Shown here: piece after piece, positions 1 through 13,600 of the stretch
How positions within the stretch are numbered: the first letter of the stretch is position 1
How the letters are laid out: every line of letters starts with the position of its first letter
Notes under the pieces: model-generated
The model's input: only the letters and a program-made list of their open reading frames with translations
Databases searched by the model: none
Told to the model about the DNA's origin: nothing
Made by a program: the position numbers and the translations under genes
DNA from: Eledone cirrhosa
Lineage: Eukaryota
DNA: 64,000 nucleotides
NCBI GenBank assembly: GCA_964016885.1
Contig: OZ024745.1
Location: 127,224,001-127,288,000, forward strand
Direction: 5' to 3'

Positions 1-413
1 CAAAATTGCGTTTTTTTTAGCTTTTCAGGGTTTTTTTAGGCGTTACGTCAGACCGTGAGCAAAGACAATCCAACTTTTTTATGGCCTAGGGCCCGCATTA
101 GGTGAAGAACTTCATTTTTTCAGCTTTTTAGGGATTTTTTGAGGCGTTACGTCTAGCCGATTTTCCCGAAATTTCAAGGCATATTATGCACATAAAAAAT
201 TTCATTTTCTTAATCCCCTAGGGCCCGCATTAGGTGAAAACCTGCATTTTTCCTGCTTGATCGAGGAAAATCTTAAAGATTATCCAGCCATCAGAGTATT
301 CGGTTTATTTTCTTTACATATTGTCCAGGCATGCAGTTTTTCCACGATTAGGTCTGTTGGCGGCCCGCGTTCCAAAATAACTTATCCCGTGCAACACCGG
401 GTACCACTTCTAG
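1..413 (+). mobile_element. 3' part of a non-autonomous Helitron-like element
   Basis: Ends in a CCCG-tgcaacac-CGGG hairpin (386-401), then CTAG (410-413) followed by T. The internal motif cctagggcccgcattaggtgaa occurs twice. Confidence 0.6.
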
Positions 414-523
414 TGTTAAATATAATTACAGACTAAAACATAGGAATGAATGTATGAATTTATGAGTCCATTTATCTGTGTGGAAATAGCATCAGAATAT
501 ATAGGTTGAACATATTTGTAGAG

Positions 524-800
524 TACTCTTGGGTCCTAAATGATAGGGTGGTTGGAATAAACGAGGGATGGAATATGTGGGGGTTGGAATACGCGGGGTG
601 GAATAAACGGGGGGGTGGAATAAGCGGGGGGGGAATAAGCGGGGGGTGTTGGATAAGCAGGGTGGAACAAGCGGGGTGTGGAATAAGCGGGGGCGGAATA
701 AGCAGGGGTGGAATAGGTGGGGGTTAGGAGTGTTGGAATAAGCGGGAGAGTTAGAATGTAGGGTAAATCTTGTAAATTTTGACTACTCCACTAATTCATA
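524..800 (-). mobile_element. MITE fragment (TACTC-terminal family) with a G-rich (GGAATAAGCGGGG)n expansion
   Basis: The terminus tactcttgggtcctaaatgatag matches the reverse complement of the 51360 end. Related copies near 8027, 29830, 39133 and 51039-51360. Confidence 0.5.
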
Positions 801-958
801 TATTTTGATGAACTCACATTAAGTGTTTGCCTTTCAAAATTATTTAACAATTGCACTTCTATTTGTAGCTAGAAATTGTAAACTATAATCTTGGCATACA
901 ATATATTGAATTGTTAGTGGCTATGTTTTATAGCCACCTCTTCTCTGGTTATTGACCC

Positions 959-1427
959 CAGGGTTGGACTTAGACTTTAGGGGGCCCAGGGCACTTCAGG
1001 TTTTTTTTTGGGGGGGGGGGGGGGCTCTTACACAAAAAATTAGAATACACAGCAACCTCACCTCCCCCAAATTTTACATATCAAAATTAGCTTAGTGCAA
1101 GTACCGTATTTCCCGGCGCTGAAGACGCACCCTAATTTTGACAACCAAAAATTTGAAAAAAAAATAATAAACAACCTTTGGCCTCCAGGACGCATGGTAG
1201 ATTTTTTAGACTTATTTTAGGGGAAAAGTAGCGTCTTCGACGCCGGGAAATCCGGTAATTGGAATTGAAAAGTTAAACAAACTGATATTAAATTAAAAAA
1301 TTCTAACCATCCTAAAAATAAAAAGCCCAGCTGAGGGCACAAATAAATTGCTACAGACCATCGCAGTGCACCCATTGTCGAGGGTCGGGGAAATTTCCCC
1401 CTTTGCTCCTCATTCAATCCGACCCTG
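959..1427. mobile_element. hAT-like MITE containing a nested MITE
   Basis: Termini CAGGGTTGGA...TCCGACCCTG. Flanks attgaccc / attgaatc look like a degenerate 8-bp TSD. Confidence 0.55.
1104..1255. mobile_element. Tc1/mariner-pogo-type MITE nested in the hAT-like element
   Basis: TIR CCGTATTTCCCGGCG..GAAGACGC / GCGTCTTCGACGCCGGGAAATCCGG, with TA on both sides. Confidence 0.7.
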
Positions 1428-1550
1428 ATTGAATCCCAATCTCTAACCTTCTTTTGCTAATGTATTTTGATACAAGAAAAGTGTTTCCCCATAAGTAATG
1501 TTTGTTTATTTATTTATTTATTTTATCACTTCTGTTAACACGACTGACAG

Positions 1551-1707
1551 ACAAACTACTATGGTGGAAGTGAACTGGATAAAATATTTGCTCGTATTCG
1601 GTGCCATGGAAACGAAAGTCATCTAGCAGATTGCCAGACGTTTGAGTATTACAACCAAGTAAAGTGCAGCAATGCCAAATCTGTGGCGTCTCTCATTTGT
1701 ACAGATG
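1551..1707 (+). CDS. LOXL2: LOXL exon: C-terminal half of the last SRCR domain
   Basis: cag|ACA...GAT G|gtaggt; [29 protein letters not shown]...VASLICTD. Confidence 0.85.
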
Positions 1708-2412
1708 GTAGGTGAATTCTCCATAAAACTGCATCTTCTTTACACACATACTTACACATGCTCCAGCATGGCCTCAGCCGGATGGCTGGAACAGTTAAAA
1801 GAGTAAAAGAGTATACAGACATACATGCACACTCAGATATACATATGAATATACATATATATAACCTTCAAAACCCGACGTACCCAGGATTGTCAATATC
1901 GGTCGAGCGTCAGACACTATGCTTTGCGGCATAGAGTTACGGCCCTTTATAATCTGAGTTCAAATCCCACTGAGGTTAACTTTGTCTTACATCCTTACGG
2001 AGTCGATAAAATAAATTACCAATAATGCACTGGGATAATTGCTAGCGTTGTGTCAAAAGTAAAAACAAATATTGCAATACCAAATGTACCTCACATATAT
2101 ACATATAAATAAATATATATATGACCGATAAGTTTTTAAAAGCCGGTACAATGCGGTAGAAAATACAAAGGGCAAATGATAGTAAATAAAACAAAGTAAT
2201 GAAATGTTTTACTCAAGATATTTCGGAGCTAATACCCTCTTTTCAGATTCGTAATTGAAACAGTCCAAGATAAAACAAACGAACGAGTTGAGCTTTCTTC
2301 GTATTTTCTACTGCATTGTACTGGCTCTTAAAAAACTTATCAGTTATTTACTGCATATCTCACAATGCTTCATGTTAACTACACTATTCTATGCACACAC
2401 ACACACACAGAT

Positions 2413-2469
<57 letters not shown>

Positions 2470-4917
2470 TGAGAAAACATAAGAGAAACACAAACCTAAA
2501 CACAAAAACAATTCCCGCTTATCGGCTGTCTTATGTGGGCCGCTGATGTTTCGACCGCATTAAAGACAGTCCATCTCACCACAGTGCATTGATAACTAAG
2601 AGGAATAGTTATCCGGGGGGGACAAAAACGAAGATAACGACAAAAAAAAAGAAACCAAAAAAAGAAAAACATACCGATAGAGAAGGGGGAATACGAGACA
2701 GTAGTACATGTAAGTTTCAGTAACCAGGGGAAGAGGAGAAGTTAATAAAGAGACAGAACATAAGTCCTGAACCCGTACTAACAGCACGAGGGAGAGCATA
2801 TAACCTTCAAATCCCGATGTATCATTACCCACTGTCTCTTTGTAAGAAGAGTGAAACAATTTGAAGAAATGTTATTGTATTACCGAACGTATCGCTATCC
2901 AGGATTTAAAGAAATGTAGTGACCTACATTCCGCGGGCTCACATACATTCTCCGTGCGTTATTTGGCTCAGCCCAGCCAATGACCGCCAGCGGAGGAGAA
3001 TGTATTTCTACGCGCCCTGCAGGAAAAATTCCCGCGTCGATTCGAGAAACCGCTCTCTTGCATCCTGACCACGCTAACATTATCTCGAAACTGCGGTGTT
3101 CGGATAGAGAGAAGGCCTTAATGTCCAGCAGTCGCATACTCTGCCGATAATGCCAATCCACCATCCTACTGATTTCTTTAAATAACAATCCAATTCGGGA
3201 ATATTTTTTTCACACGTCGTTGCCAACATGTATAATTATAGTGTACGACTGTTTGTGTTTTATCCATTTTATTTGTGAATCAACGAGATCTATTTAATTG
3301 TTTCTACTTTTGGCACAAAGCCAGCAATTGCCCAGTGCATTACTGGTACTTTATTTTATCGACCCCCGTAAGGATGAAAGGCAAAGTTAACCTCGGCGGG
3401 ATTTAATAAAAGATGATCTCATCTTATATTTCATCTATCATACCAGATTCTATTGACTTTATAATTTAGGGTTTCAAGCTATAAGACTTAATAATCCATC
3501 CTAAATAAATTATATCATTCATACAGTGCATAATAAAATAGGGATGTGGTATAGAATGAAAACCTGATGTGTTAGGGGGAAACGGATGCCATATATGAAA
3601 TCAGCACCTCGAAATTAGCTAAAAGCAACAACAAAACCTAAGTCAGCAAAACGTGTGTTGACCAGTGTAATCTATCTTCATGCTATTTCCCTTAACTATA
3701 ACCAGGATTCGTCCATTTTCATCCTGTCTCTTTAATAACTGGTAGAGTCCATCTTTTTTGTACCCATTTATTACAATATGGTGGAATCTAGCCCAGCTTT
3801 AGTCGTTTTAATTGTTAATTTCTCTCAGTGATGTAGATTTGAGTTGGCAGGGAGGAAGTTCTGTCATACTTATTGACACAGCTGCGTGTCATCACTTCCT
3901 TGTTTTTACAGAAAGATTCTGATAGGTGTTGGCAATATTTCTCAATATCTGTTTATTAAACTTTATATTTACCCATCTATCAACTCCCGCGTCCCAAATA
4001 ATAGGGGTGGGTGGGGGTGGATGACGACGACGATGATGATGGTGATGATGATGACGACGGTGACGGTGATGATGATGACGATGATGATGACGATGATGAT
4101 GATGGTGATGGTGATGGTGATGATGGTGATGATGACGATGATGATGATGATGATGATGGTAATGACGACGACGACGACGATGAGGATGATGATGATATGA
4201 ATTCATCTTCAGTTTATCCCACCTCTATCTTCTCCCCCCCCCCCCCCAATACAAAATATAAAGCCCAACCACTAACCGACTTAAAATATAATCAATTTGA
4301 ACTAATTACATATTTTATTCCCAGATTAAATAACTTCCATTTCATTGTTTTACAGAACTTCCCGATTTAGTGCCAGACGTTGAAGAACTGCGACTGTCAA
4401 TGCGACTTGAAGACAAACCTCTCTATTATTTGCAGTGTGCCATGGAAGAAAATTGTCTTGCATCAGAAGCTTATGAGATTAAGGAACATGCCAGAGGTAA
4501 CGAATTCAGATAGAGTTTAAGGAGGAAGGGGTAGTGTTTATTTGTGTTGTTTTTGTTTTTGTATGTATGCATTTCTGTTACGTATACCGCAAACAGAAAT
4601 ACATGCCACATACCACATCATATATGAATATCTAAAGTCTAAAGTCTGTCTTAACACAGAAGGTTCATTTGGCCACTGCTTATCTCGGTTTTATGGCGTG
4701 AAGCGACTGAGAGTACAAGACTCCCCCCTGGATAGGACGCCAGTCCATCGCAGGGTTAAACCTCCAGCTATTGCTGGTACTGATTTTCAGCTGAGTATAC
4801 TGGAGCAACGTGGCCATGTGCCTCCACCACACACACACACACACACGCACACGCACACACACACACACATACACACATACATACATACATACATACATAC
4901 ATACATACATACATACA

Positions 4918-4950
<33 letters not shown>

Positions 4951-6359
4951 GGGGTAAAGACCCCCTGTATATTAGAATCCATACTGTTTGTAATAATACT
5001 CAATGCAAATATAAGTCCTTTGTTGATGACATGAAAATATATGGATGTGTGAAAACTTTGTATGCCGCGAAACATGGTGTCTGATGCTCTACTGATTCTG
5101 CCAATCAACCGCCCTAGCGCGAACTAATAATTGTTTCTACTTTTGGCCTAAGGCAGCAATTACCCAGTGCATTACTGGTACTTTATTATATCGACCTCGT
5201 AAGGATGAAAGGCAAAGTTAACCTCGGCGGGATTTGAACTCAGAATGGAAAGGGCCGTAACTCTATGCGTCAAAGCATGGTGCCCGACCCTCCACCGATA
5301 CTGCCAAATAACAATACATATGTACACTATATATCTACTTAATCCTCTCCAATCCCAAAACTGTAACTGGCACTCAGCTGGACAGCTACTGCTTGCGCAT
5401 TGGTGTTTCCCTGGGGCTCGGCCTCCGCCGTGTGAACCTCACAAATGCTGCTGCGGTATCATCGAGGATCCTTTCGGTCTCCACTCTCTGTCATGCCATT
5501 ACAGTGCTGGTCGCCACTCACGCCATGCTGCTCTCAACGAGATCATAAAGCATGGCCAGGGTGGCGCAGACTTCCCTTCCAAGTGGGGCTGGACAGAGGG
5601 GACGGCAAAAGACCAGACGGCATGACAATGTTCCCGTTCCGCGAGGAAGGCCTCTCACCAATGATGTCACATACTGTGACACCTATTCAAATGACAACTT
5701 GGCGCGTTCGGTTATCAGCCCAGGCTCTGCTGGCCGCCAAGCCGAAGAGGGTAAACTGTCCAAGTATCAGCCGCCCTCTGATAGGTTTGTGGTAGAGCCT
5801 GCAGCAGTGGAGACTTCCGACATTCTTAATACCCGGACCACATCTCTACTCACTGCTATCAGGGTGGAGTTGGCCGACCGAAGGTACGAGCCCCGTGAGG
5901 TGGAGTGGCTGTTTCATTGTGTCTCCCTCACCGTCCTCCGAGGCAATGCATTCTCTATCCTATCGGCTGGGACCCAAAAGCGGAGGACATGTTAGTTGGT
6001 AGCGGGAGATTCTCGTTCGGACGTCACTTCTAGAACTAAAGTATATTTACATTTAAATGAAGTAATTCCGTCGGAAAGGTCCAGAAAAAGAGTGTTCTAT
6101 GTAGGTTACAGAGCGTATTAGTTATGTAATAAACAACATAAGATAATTATATCCTTTACCAGTGGTTTCTTGAAAGCAAACAAATCTGCTTTCAGTCGTC
6201 AGAATGAAAAAATCCTGGTGTTTTTATTGAATGTGGATTTGAAAACAAAAATATAAGAAATATGAAAGTGAGGCTGAAGGAAGAAGAAAAAAGATAATAA
6301 ATAAAAAAGTGTGTGTACACACACACACACACACACATAAACACACACACATAAACACA

Positions 6360-6397
<38 letters not shown>

Positions 6398-7564
6398 CAT
6401 AATTATAAAAATAAATAAACGAATATAATGTATATACTAAAGTAAGCAGTCACATCACCTTACAAAGACAAAAAACATATAATTATCTTATGTTGTTTAT
6501 TACATAACTATATTTACATTTATACAACTGTGGACCTCAGATAACTCTACTTCAACTGTAACGAAACCTCTGCCTCCGAAACAACGGGGAAATGTCTCAC
6601 GAAGAAAGACGTAAAAACCTAGGAATTACAACTTTAGAAGAGAGAAGACAAAAGAGAGACATTGTAGAAGTATTTAAAACTAGAATTTTTGTCCATACAC
6701 TCACGCGTATGTGTATGTGTTGTGTGTGTGCGTGTGTGTATGTGCATTTGCATACATTTCTAAGTATGAGTATATAAATATAAACGCGTAAATACAGACA
6801 CACAAAAATACACTCTCACAGACTTACATTCACACAAACACACAGATACATTTTCACAATCACACACAGCATAGTTTTTTCACCATCCCCTCCCTTCCTT
6901 TTACACACACATACATTCACGCAGGCAGCAGACGTAAAGAGAGAGGAGTAGTGTAAGGTAGTCAAACTACTCCTCTCTCTTTACGTGTTGTGACAAAATT
7001 GTAGAAATTTATATATAGATGGTGAAACAATTTGAAAAAGTATATATTGTATTAGTATAGAGTAGTGTAGTTAATATGAAGCGTTGTGAGATGTATAGTA
7101 AATATATTAGTAAATATATTAGTACATTATTCCAGAAATATTTTAATCTCAGAGGTCACAATTATACATTTCATAAGAAACAATGCTCTCTCTCTCTCTC
7201 TCTTTTTTTCTTTTTTTTTTTTTCTTAAAGAGTTATTAGTGAATGGAATGGTTTGCCAGGTTATGTAGTAAACATCACAACAGTACATGATTTAAAAGAT
7301 AAATATGACATATGAGATGAATGAATAGAATGAAATACATTTGATGAGGAGTAGAGGAAAGCATTAAACAGTGCAGAATGAGAAAATGTTTGAATCGTAA
7401 AGTCTCAGCTGTTTACGAGATTTTACGAGATAGCTTTGCGTATTTTCAGTGTGAATAAAATCAGCTTTCTTTCTCCTTTTGAGTTTTTGCTGTCATTTCC
7501 TAGAGACAGACAGAAACAAGTTTATAGTTTTATACACCGTCCCTAAAGTTTAACGGAAGCTTTG

Positions 7565-7643
<79 letters not shown>

Positions 7644-10600
7644 GTTTTATACATGTGTTGCTTCTAGAAACGTGTGTGTGTGTGTGTGTGTGTAACTAAA
7701 AAGTCTGTCTTAAGCCAGAAGACTCATTTGGCCGGTGCTTATCCCGGTTTCATGGTGTGAAGCAACTGAGACTACAATACCCCCCCCCCCCCCCCCAGGA
7801 CAGGACGCCAGTCCATCACAGGGTTAAACCTCCAGCTATTACTGGTACTCATTTTCAGCTGAGTATGCTGAAGCAACGTGAAATGAAGTGTTTTGCTCAA
7901 GAACACAACACACAACCCAGGAATCGAACCCACGACATTATGATCGTAAGTCCAACACTCTTACCACTGGGCCACGTGCCCCCACTGTGTGTAACTACCA
8001 TTATGCAATTCTTGGTAGAACTGTGATACTCTTGGCTCTCGAATAATCCCCACCCTACCTCCACTCCTGATTATTGAATTTTGCTAATCTATCTCTGGCG
8101 AAATTTAATTTTTTAAGTGGTAGCATTCCTGCGACAATTTATTTTCTTTAGACATTAAAAAACATTATAGATGGCAAAAAATGTACATTGCTAGAAATCC
8201 TGAAATATGTTATAAAATAAATAGGATGTGTTGGAGTCTCAATATGTAAACTAAACGACTAATTCTGGGTTTTTTTAATATCAACGGAGACAACCTAGAA
8301 CAATTACCGATTTACCAACCCTCTCCCCGCATATTCCACCCCCGCTTATTGCACCTTGATCACCCCTATTATTTACTTCGATGGGATAATAAAATATAGT
8401 TTGCTTGAAGCATTGTTTCATCATCATCATCATCATCGTTTAACGTCCATCTTCCATGCTAGCATGGGTTGGACATATAGATGATATATAATGTGGAAAG
8501 AGATGCTATCGATCTTCATTACAACTAGACATCTGTAAAAAACTAATGAGGAATTTTCATGAGCTGCATAATCAGATTGGTAGATGGTTGTGAACACCTG
8601 GCAAAATTCCATATACCAGGTGCACAATCTTGGTCTTCGTTTGGTCCAGGACTGCAGCTCTGTCAAAGAGAAGAACCGTCAGACAATATATCATCATCAT
8701 CATTTTACGTCCGCTTTTCCCTGCTTGCAAGGGTGGGACGGGTCCTATTCAACACAGCATCTCTCCACTTGTCACAGTCCTTCGTCATCTCCTCGGTGAG
8801 TTTCAGCAATCTCAGGGCTGCTCTCACCACCACCGCCCATGTTTTTCGTGGTCTACCTCTACTGCGTCTTCCTTCTACTGGGATTTCTTGGCACTTCTTT
8901 ACTCAGCGGTCATCCTCCATGCACATCACATGTCCATACCATTGCAGTCTTCTCTCCTGCACACCACAATTTATCCCTCTTATACCCAGTTTCTTTCTCA
9001 ACTCATCTATGCTTGGACATTCATGTGCATTGACATTACACATCCAACAGAGCATGCTTGCTTCATTTCTCTCCAGCCGTTGCATATCCTCTGCAGTTGC
9101 TGCCCATGTCTCACTACCATGCAGCATCGCGCATCTCACACATGCATCATATAACCGTCCTTTCGTACGCAGGGAGAAACCCTTCTTTATCATAGTACAA
9201 ACATGTTTTCCCAAAGAAGTGGACCTGCAACAATTTAAACAGAACATCAATGTTGTTGATCTCTCCCCGGAGACCCTGTGAAGACCATAGGCTCTGCTCT
9301 TTCCTCCAGACCTACTCAGCAAAACTAAAACATTGATTATATCCGTTCAACTGCCAAAAAGCTCTGGAGATGTCTGCTTAAGATCATATTTAGGAAACTG
9401 AGCCCTCCATGTAGGATCTGTTGACATCTGACCAGTGGAATGTGTCCTCTCCACAAGAACCAAATGAACAAAAAATGCTCCAATTGTGTCAAACGAAAAA
9501 CTGGTACAACAGTGGTGGTGGTGGTGATCGTGGTCGTGATCGTGGTGGTGGTGGTGGTGGTGGTGGTGGTGGTGGTCGTCGTCGTCGTCGTGGTGGTGGT
9601 GGTGGTGGTGGTCGTGGTGGTGGTGATCGTGGTCGTGATCGTGGTGGTGGTGGTGGTGGTGGTCGTTGTCGTGGTGGTGGTGGTGGTCGTCGTCGTCGTG
9701 GTGGTGGTGGTGGTGATGATGGTGGTCGTGGTGGTGGTCGTCGTCGTTGTGGTGGTGGTGGTGGTCGTCGTCATCGTGGTGGTGGTGGTAATGATGGTGG
9801 TCGTGGTGGTGGTCGTCGTCGTTGTGGTGGTGGTGGTGGTCGTCGTCATCGTGGTGGTGGTGGTGGTGATGGTGGTGGTGATGGTGGTCGTGGTGGTGGT
9901 CGTCGTCGTTGTGGTGGTGGTGGTGGTGGTGGTCGTGGTGGTGGTCGTCGTCGTCGTTGTGGTGGTGGTGGTCGTCGTCGTCATCGTGGTGGTGGTGGTG
10001 GTGATGGTGGTCGTGGTGGTGGTCGTCGTCATCGTGGTGGTGGTGGTGGTGGTGGTGGTGGTGATGGTGGTCGTGGTGGTGGTCGTCGTCGTTGTGGTCG
10101 TGGTGGTGGTCGTGGTGGTGGTCGTCGTCGTCGTTGTGGTCGTGGTGGTGGTCGTCGTCATCGTGGTGGTGGTGGTGGTGGTGATGGTGGTCGTGGTGGT
10201 GGTCGTCGTCATCGTGGTGGTGGTGGTGGTGGTGGTGGTGGTGGTGGTGGTCGTGGTGGTGGTCGTCGTCATTGTGGTCGTGGTGGTGGTCGTCGTCATC
10301 GTGGTGGTGGTGGTGGTGGTTGTGGTAGTGGTTGTCGTGGTGGTGGTGGTGGTGGTGACAATGATAATATTATAATGATAATGATGAAGATATAATGATG
10401 ATGATGATGATAATATAACAATGATGTTGATAATGATGATGATGATGAGGATGATGACAATAATGCTGGTGTGGGGTGGGGTGATGGTGACAATGATAAT
10501 ATTATAATGATTATGATGATATTGATGATGATGATGATGATGATATTGATAATAATGATGATGTTACTCTAACAGATTGGATGGCAGCCACACGACGATT

Positions 10601-13600
10601 GATTCGCTTCAGCAGTGTTGTACATAACAAAGGCTTGGCAGACTTTATCCCAAACACACCAAAAGATTCTTGGGAATGGCATGCATGTCATATGTAAGCC
10701 CTCTTTTATTATTCTATATGTTTACTTTTGTATTGTTGTTTAACTGGTTAGAACACAGCTTAACCCTTTAGCATTTAAACCGGCCATATTCGGCCAGAAT
10801 TCTCTCACTTCTTTCTCTTCAAACTGACCACAAGTGGCCGCTCATACCAATGTTAGAGTATTGTTCTCAAAATAAATAACATCAAAATCTCATAGATTCC
10901 ATATTATGTGAGATAATTATGTAAGATAAAACCTTTACTGTGAAAATACAATAGTATATAGAGAGTAATGTAAATGCCAAAGGGTTAAAACAACTAAATT
11001 TGGTCAAATCTATCCCTCTCCAAGCTATGTCCATAGGAAGATTTGAATGTGGCATTGCCAACTACCAGAAAACCTTCATCAATCACATAGTACTTTTGGT
11101 AGTGAATTGGCAGAATTGCTAGTACGTCGGATAAAATACCATGAGATATTTAATTATGGCTCTTTGAGTTCTTAGTTCAAATCCTGCCAAATACAACTTT
11201 GCCTTTTACTTCCGGGGCTCGATAAAATAAAGTACCAGTCATGTACTGAGGTTAATTTAACCAACTTTTCCCTTCCTTCAAATTACTGGTTTTGTGCTTT
11301 TGTTAGAATGAATTAATAAAATAATACTTCTGTTGTTTACCGGAATGGAATGGATGATACGATATTAGACTACCAACTTTTACATCCCGAGAATAAGTCT
11401 ACACCATTTAAAATTCCCTTTGGTTAGAAGTCCTCTTTAAATGGTTTCTATATTTCTTGTGTTGGTGGGTAATGCCTGCTTTGGAATCTACTTAGCTACA
11501 ACATTTAAAATCTTTTATGATGTATCTCTAATGAAATATGCTTTATTTCCATTATTTAACCCTTTAGCATTTACATTACTCTATATTTACTATTGTATTT
11601 TCATGGTAAACTCTTTATTTCACATAATTATCTTACATAATATCGAATCTATGAGATTTTGATATAATTTATTTTGAGAACAATACCTTAATGTCAGTAT
11701 GAGTGGCCATTCACAGCCAGTGTGAACAGAAGGAGGTAAGAGAATTCTGGCTGGATATGGCTGGTTTAAATGCTAAAGGATTAAAGAAGAATTTTGAGGG
11801 ATTTATAAACATTAATTAATTATTTCATTACATGATTGTAACCTAATATTTGGTTCTTAATAAAATAATGTTAATTTAAAATGGGGGTGAGGGGCTTAGT
11901 TTCCTTGGACCAGAGTCAATTTTGACCAGATTGGTAATGAAAAGGTTAAATCTTTCTTTCCATAACAGCCATCAATATTGGTTGGTTTCTGAAAGTTGTG
12001 ACATAGTTCATGATATTTTATATAATAGATGGTTTCTGTCTGATATAATGCATTATAGTGTGATAGCACAGCACTCTGATTATGGATTACCATTTACTGT
12101 ATCACAGTTCCATGCTTGTGGTAAGAAACTCTCAGGAGAGCTTTTAGACTTTTTGAGAGTTTCTTACCACTAGCAGGGATAGGGTATGGTATGGTCCCGT
12201 AACTCCTGATAGAGTCGTAAGGGCACTGTATTGATATACGGCTTTTCTTAGGCATTTTAAGCCTAGCAGAGCCCACCCCTCTCCAGCTCTGAGTACAGCT
12301 GCTTTCTTCCAGAGAAAGATAGAAAGTGAGAGAGAGGAAATGAGAAAGAGATATAGAGGAAGAATGAACCCCAGTACTAGACTGGTACTTTTCTTATCGA
12401 CCTCGAAAAGATGAAAGGTAAAGTTGGCCTCCGGTAGGATTTGAACTCAGAGTGCAGAGCGTTCGAACGAATACCATAAAGCATTCTATTCAATGTTCTA
12501 ATGACTCTGCCAATTGGCTGCCTCGCATGGATATATGGTTTTTAAATAAAATTATGTTTGAAGATCTTAATTTAAAATGGGAGTGTTTCATTTCTGATAG
12601 TTTGAAATGATATGATCTGATACAATATGACTATTTGAGACTTATTTGTCGTCCCATGACTTTCGGAAACATTTTTTCATGATCAGAGTTGCTAAAGCAT
12701 GGAATAAACTACCTGCATCAGTTGTTAGCTGTTGGGACACTGCATCCTTCAAAACTTCCATGCTTCCCGAAATTCACCAACACTACACCTAATACTTCCC
12801 CTCCACACACACACATGCATGTATGTGTGTGTCTGTGTGTATATCATGACTGATACACTGTTCACTTTCCTGACATTTGTACATTATCCTATGTATTATA
12901 CAAGCACCATTGATGAGCTGTAGTGCACCTGAACACTATATATATAATAATTTTCATTATTGGATTGGCAATATCAGTAGAGTGTCGGACACCATGCTTT
13001 GCAGCATAGAGTTACGCCCCTTTGCGCTCTGAGTTCAAATCCCACCGAGGTTAACTTTGCCTTTCATCCTTACGAGATCGATAAAATAAAGCACCAGTAA
13101 TGCACTGGGGTAATTGCTGGCCTTGTGCCAAAAGTAGAAACAATTATTATTATTATAACATTTTAAGGAAGACATAATATTATGTGGTGCAATTATTTGA
13201 TGTTCTTGATATACGATAATATGATACAATGTATAAAATATTTGGAAATAATTCTCACCTGTATGTTCTACCCCAACAGGCATTACCATAGTATGGAGGT
13301 GTTTGCTCACTATGACATCTTAGATTTAAAGGGAAATCGTGTAGCTCAAGGCCATAAGGCCAGTTTCTGTTTAGAAGACACACAATGTCCAGCAGGCATC
13401 ACAGCAAAATATAACTGTGTTGGTTTTGGTGATCAAGGTAAGTGTCTTTCAACTTTTATAATATTAATTTTTACTCCTAAAGATTTGAGACACAATCAAG
13501 TTTCAAGCTGTGGTCCCTGTCTATTAGTAAACAACATTCACTACTAAAGAATATATTATAGCTGGATGCCATTCGAATCATTATCTACAAAATATATAGA

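Noticed and set aside
560-760. G-rich repeats as telomeric sequence or a Gly-rich ORF (506-727)
   Set aside because: The unit is GGAATAAGCGGGG, not TTAGGG, and it matches the interior of the TACTC-MITE family.
3886-4370. Poly-His/Asp/Met ORFs
   Set aside because: Translations of a (GAT)n microsatellite inside a LOXL intron.
9337-10395. 320-aa poly-Thr (mucin-like), Gly/Arg-rich and poly-Val ORFs
   Set aside because: A stop-free trinucleotide array open in several frames on both strands, intronic, with no supporting splice context.
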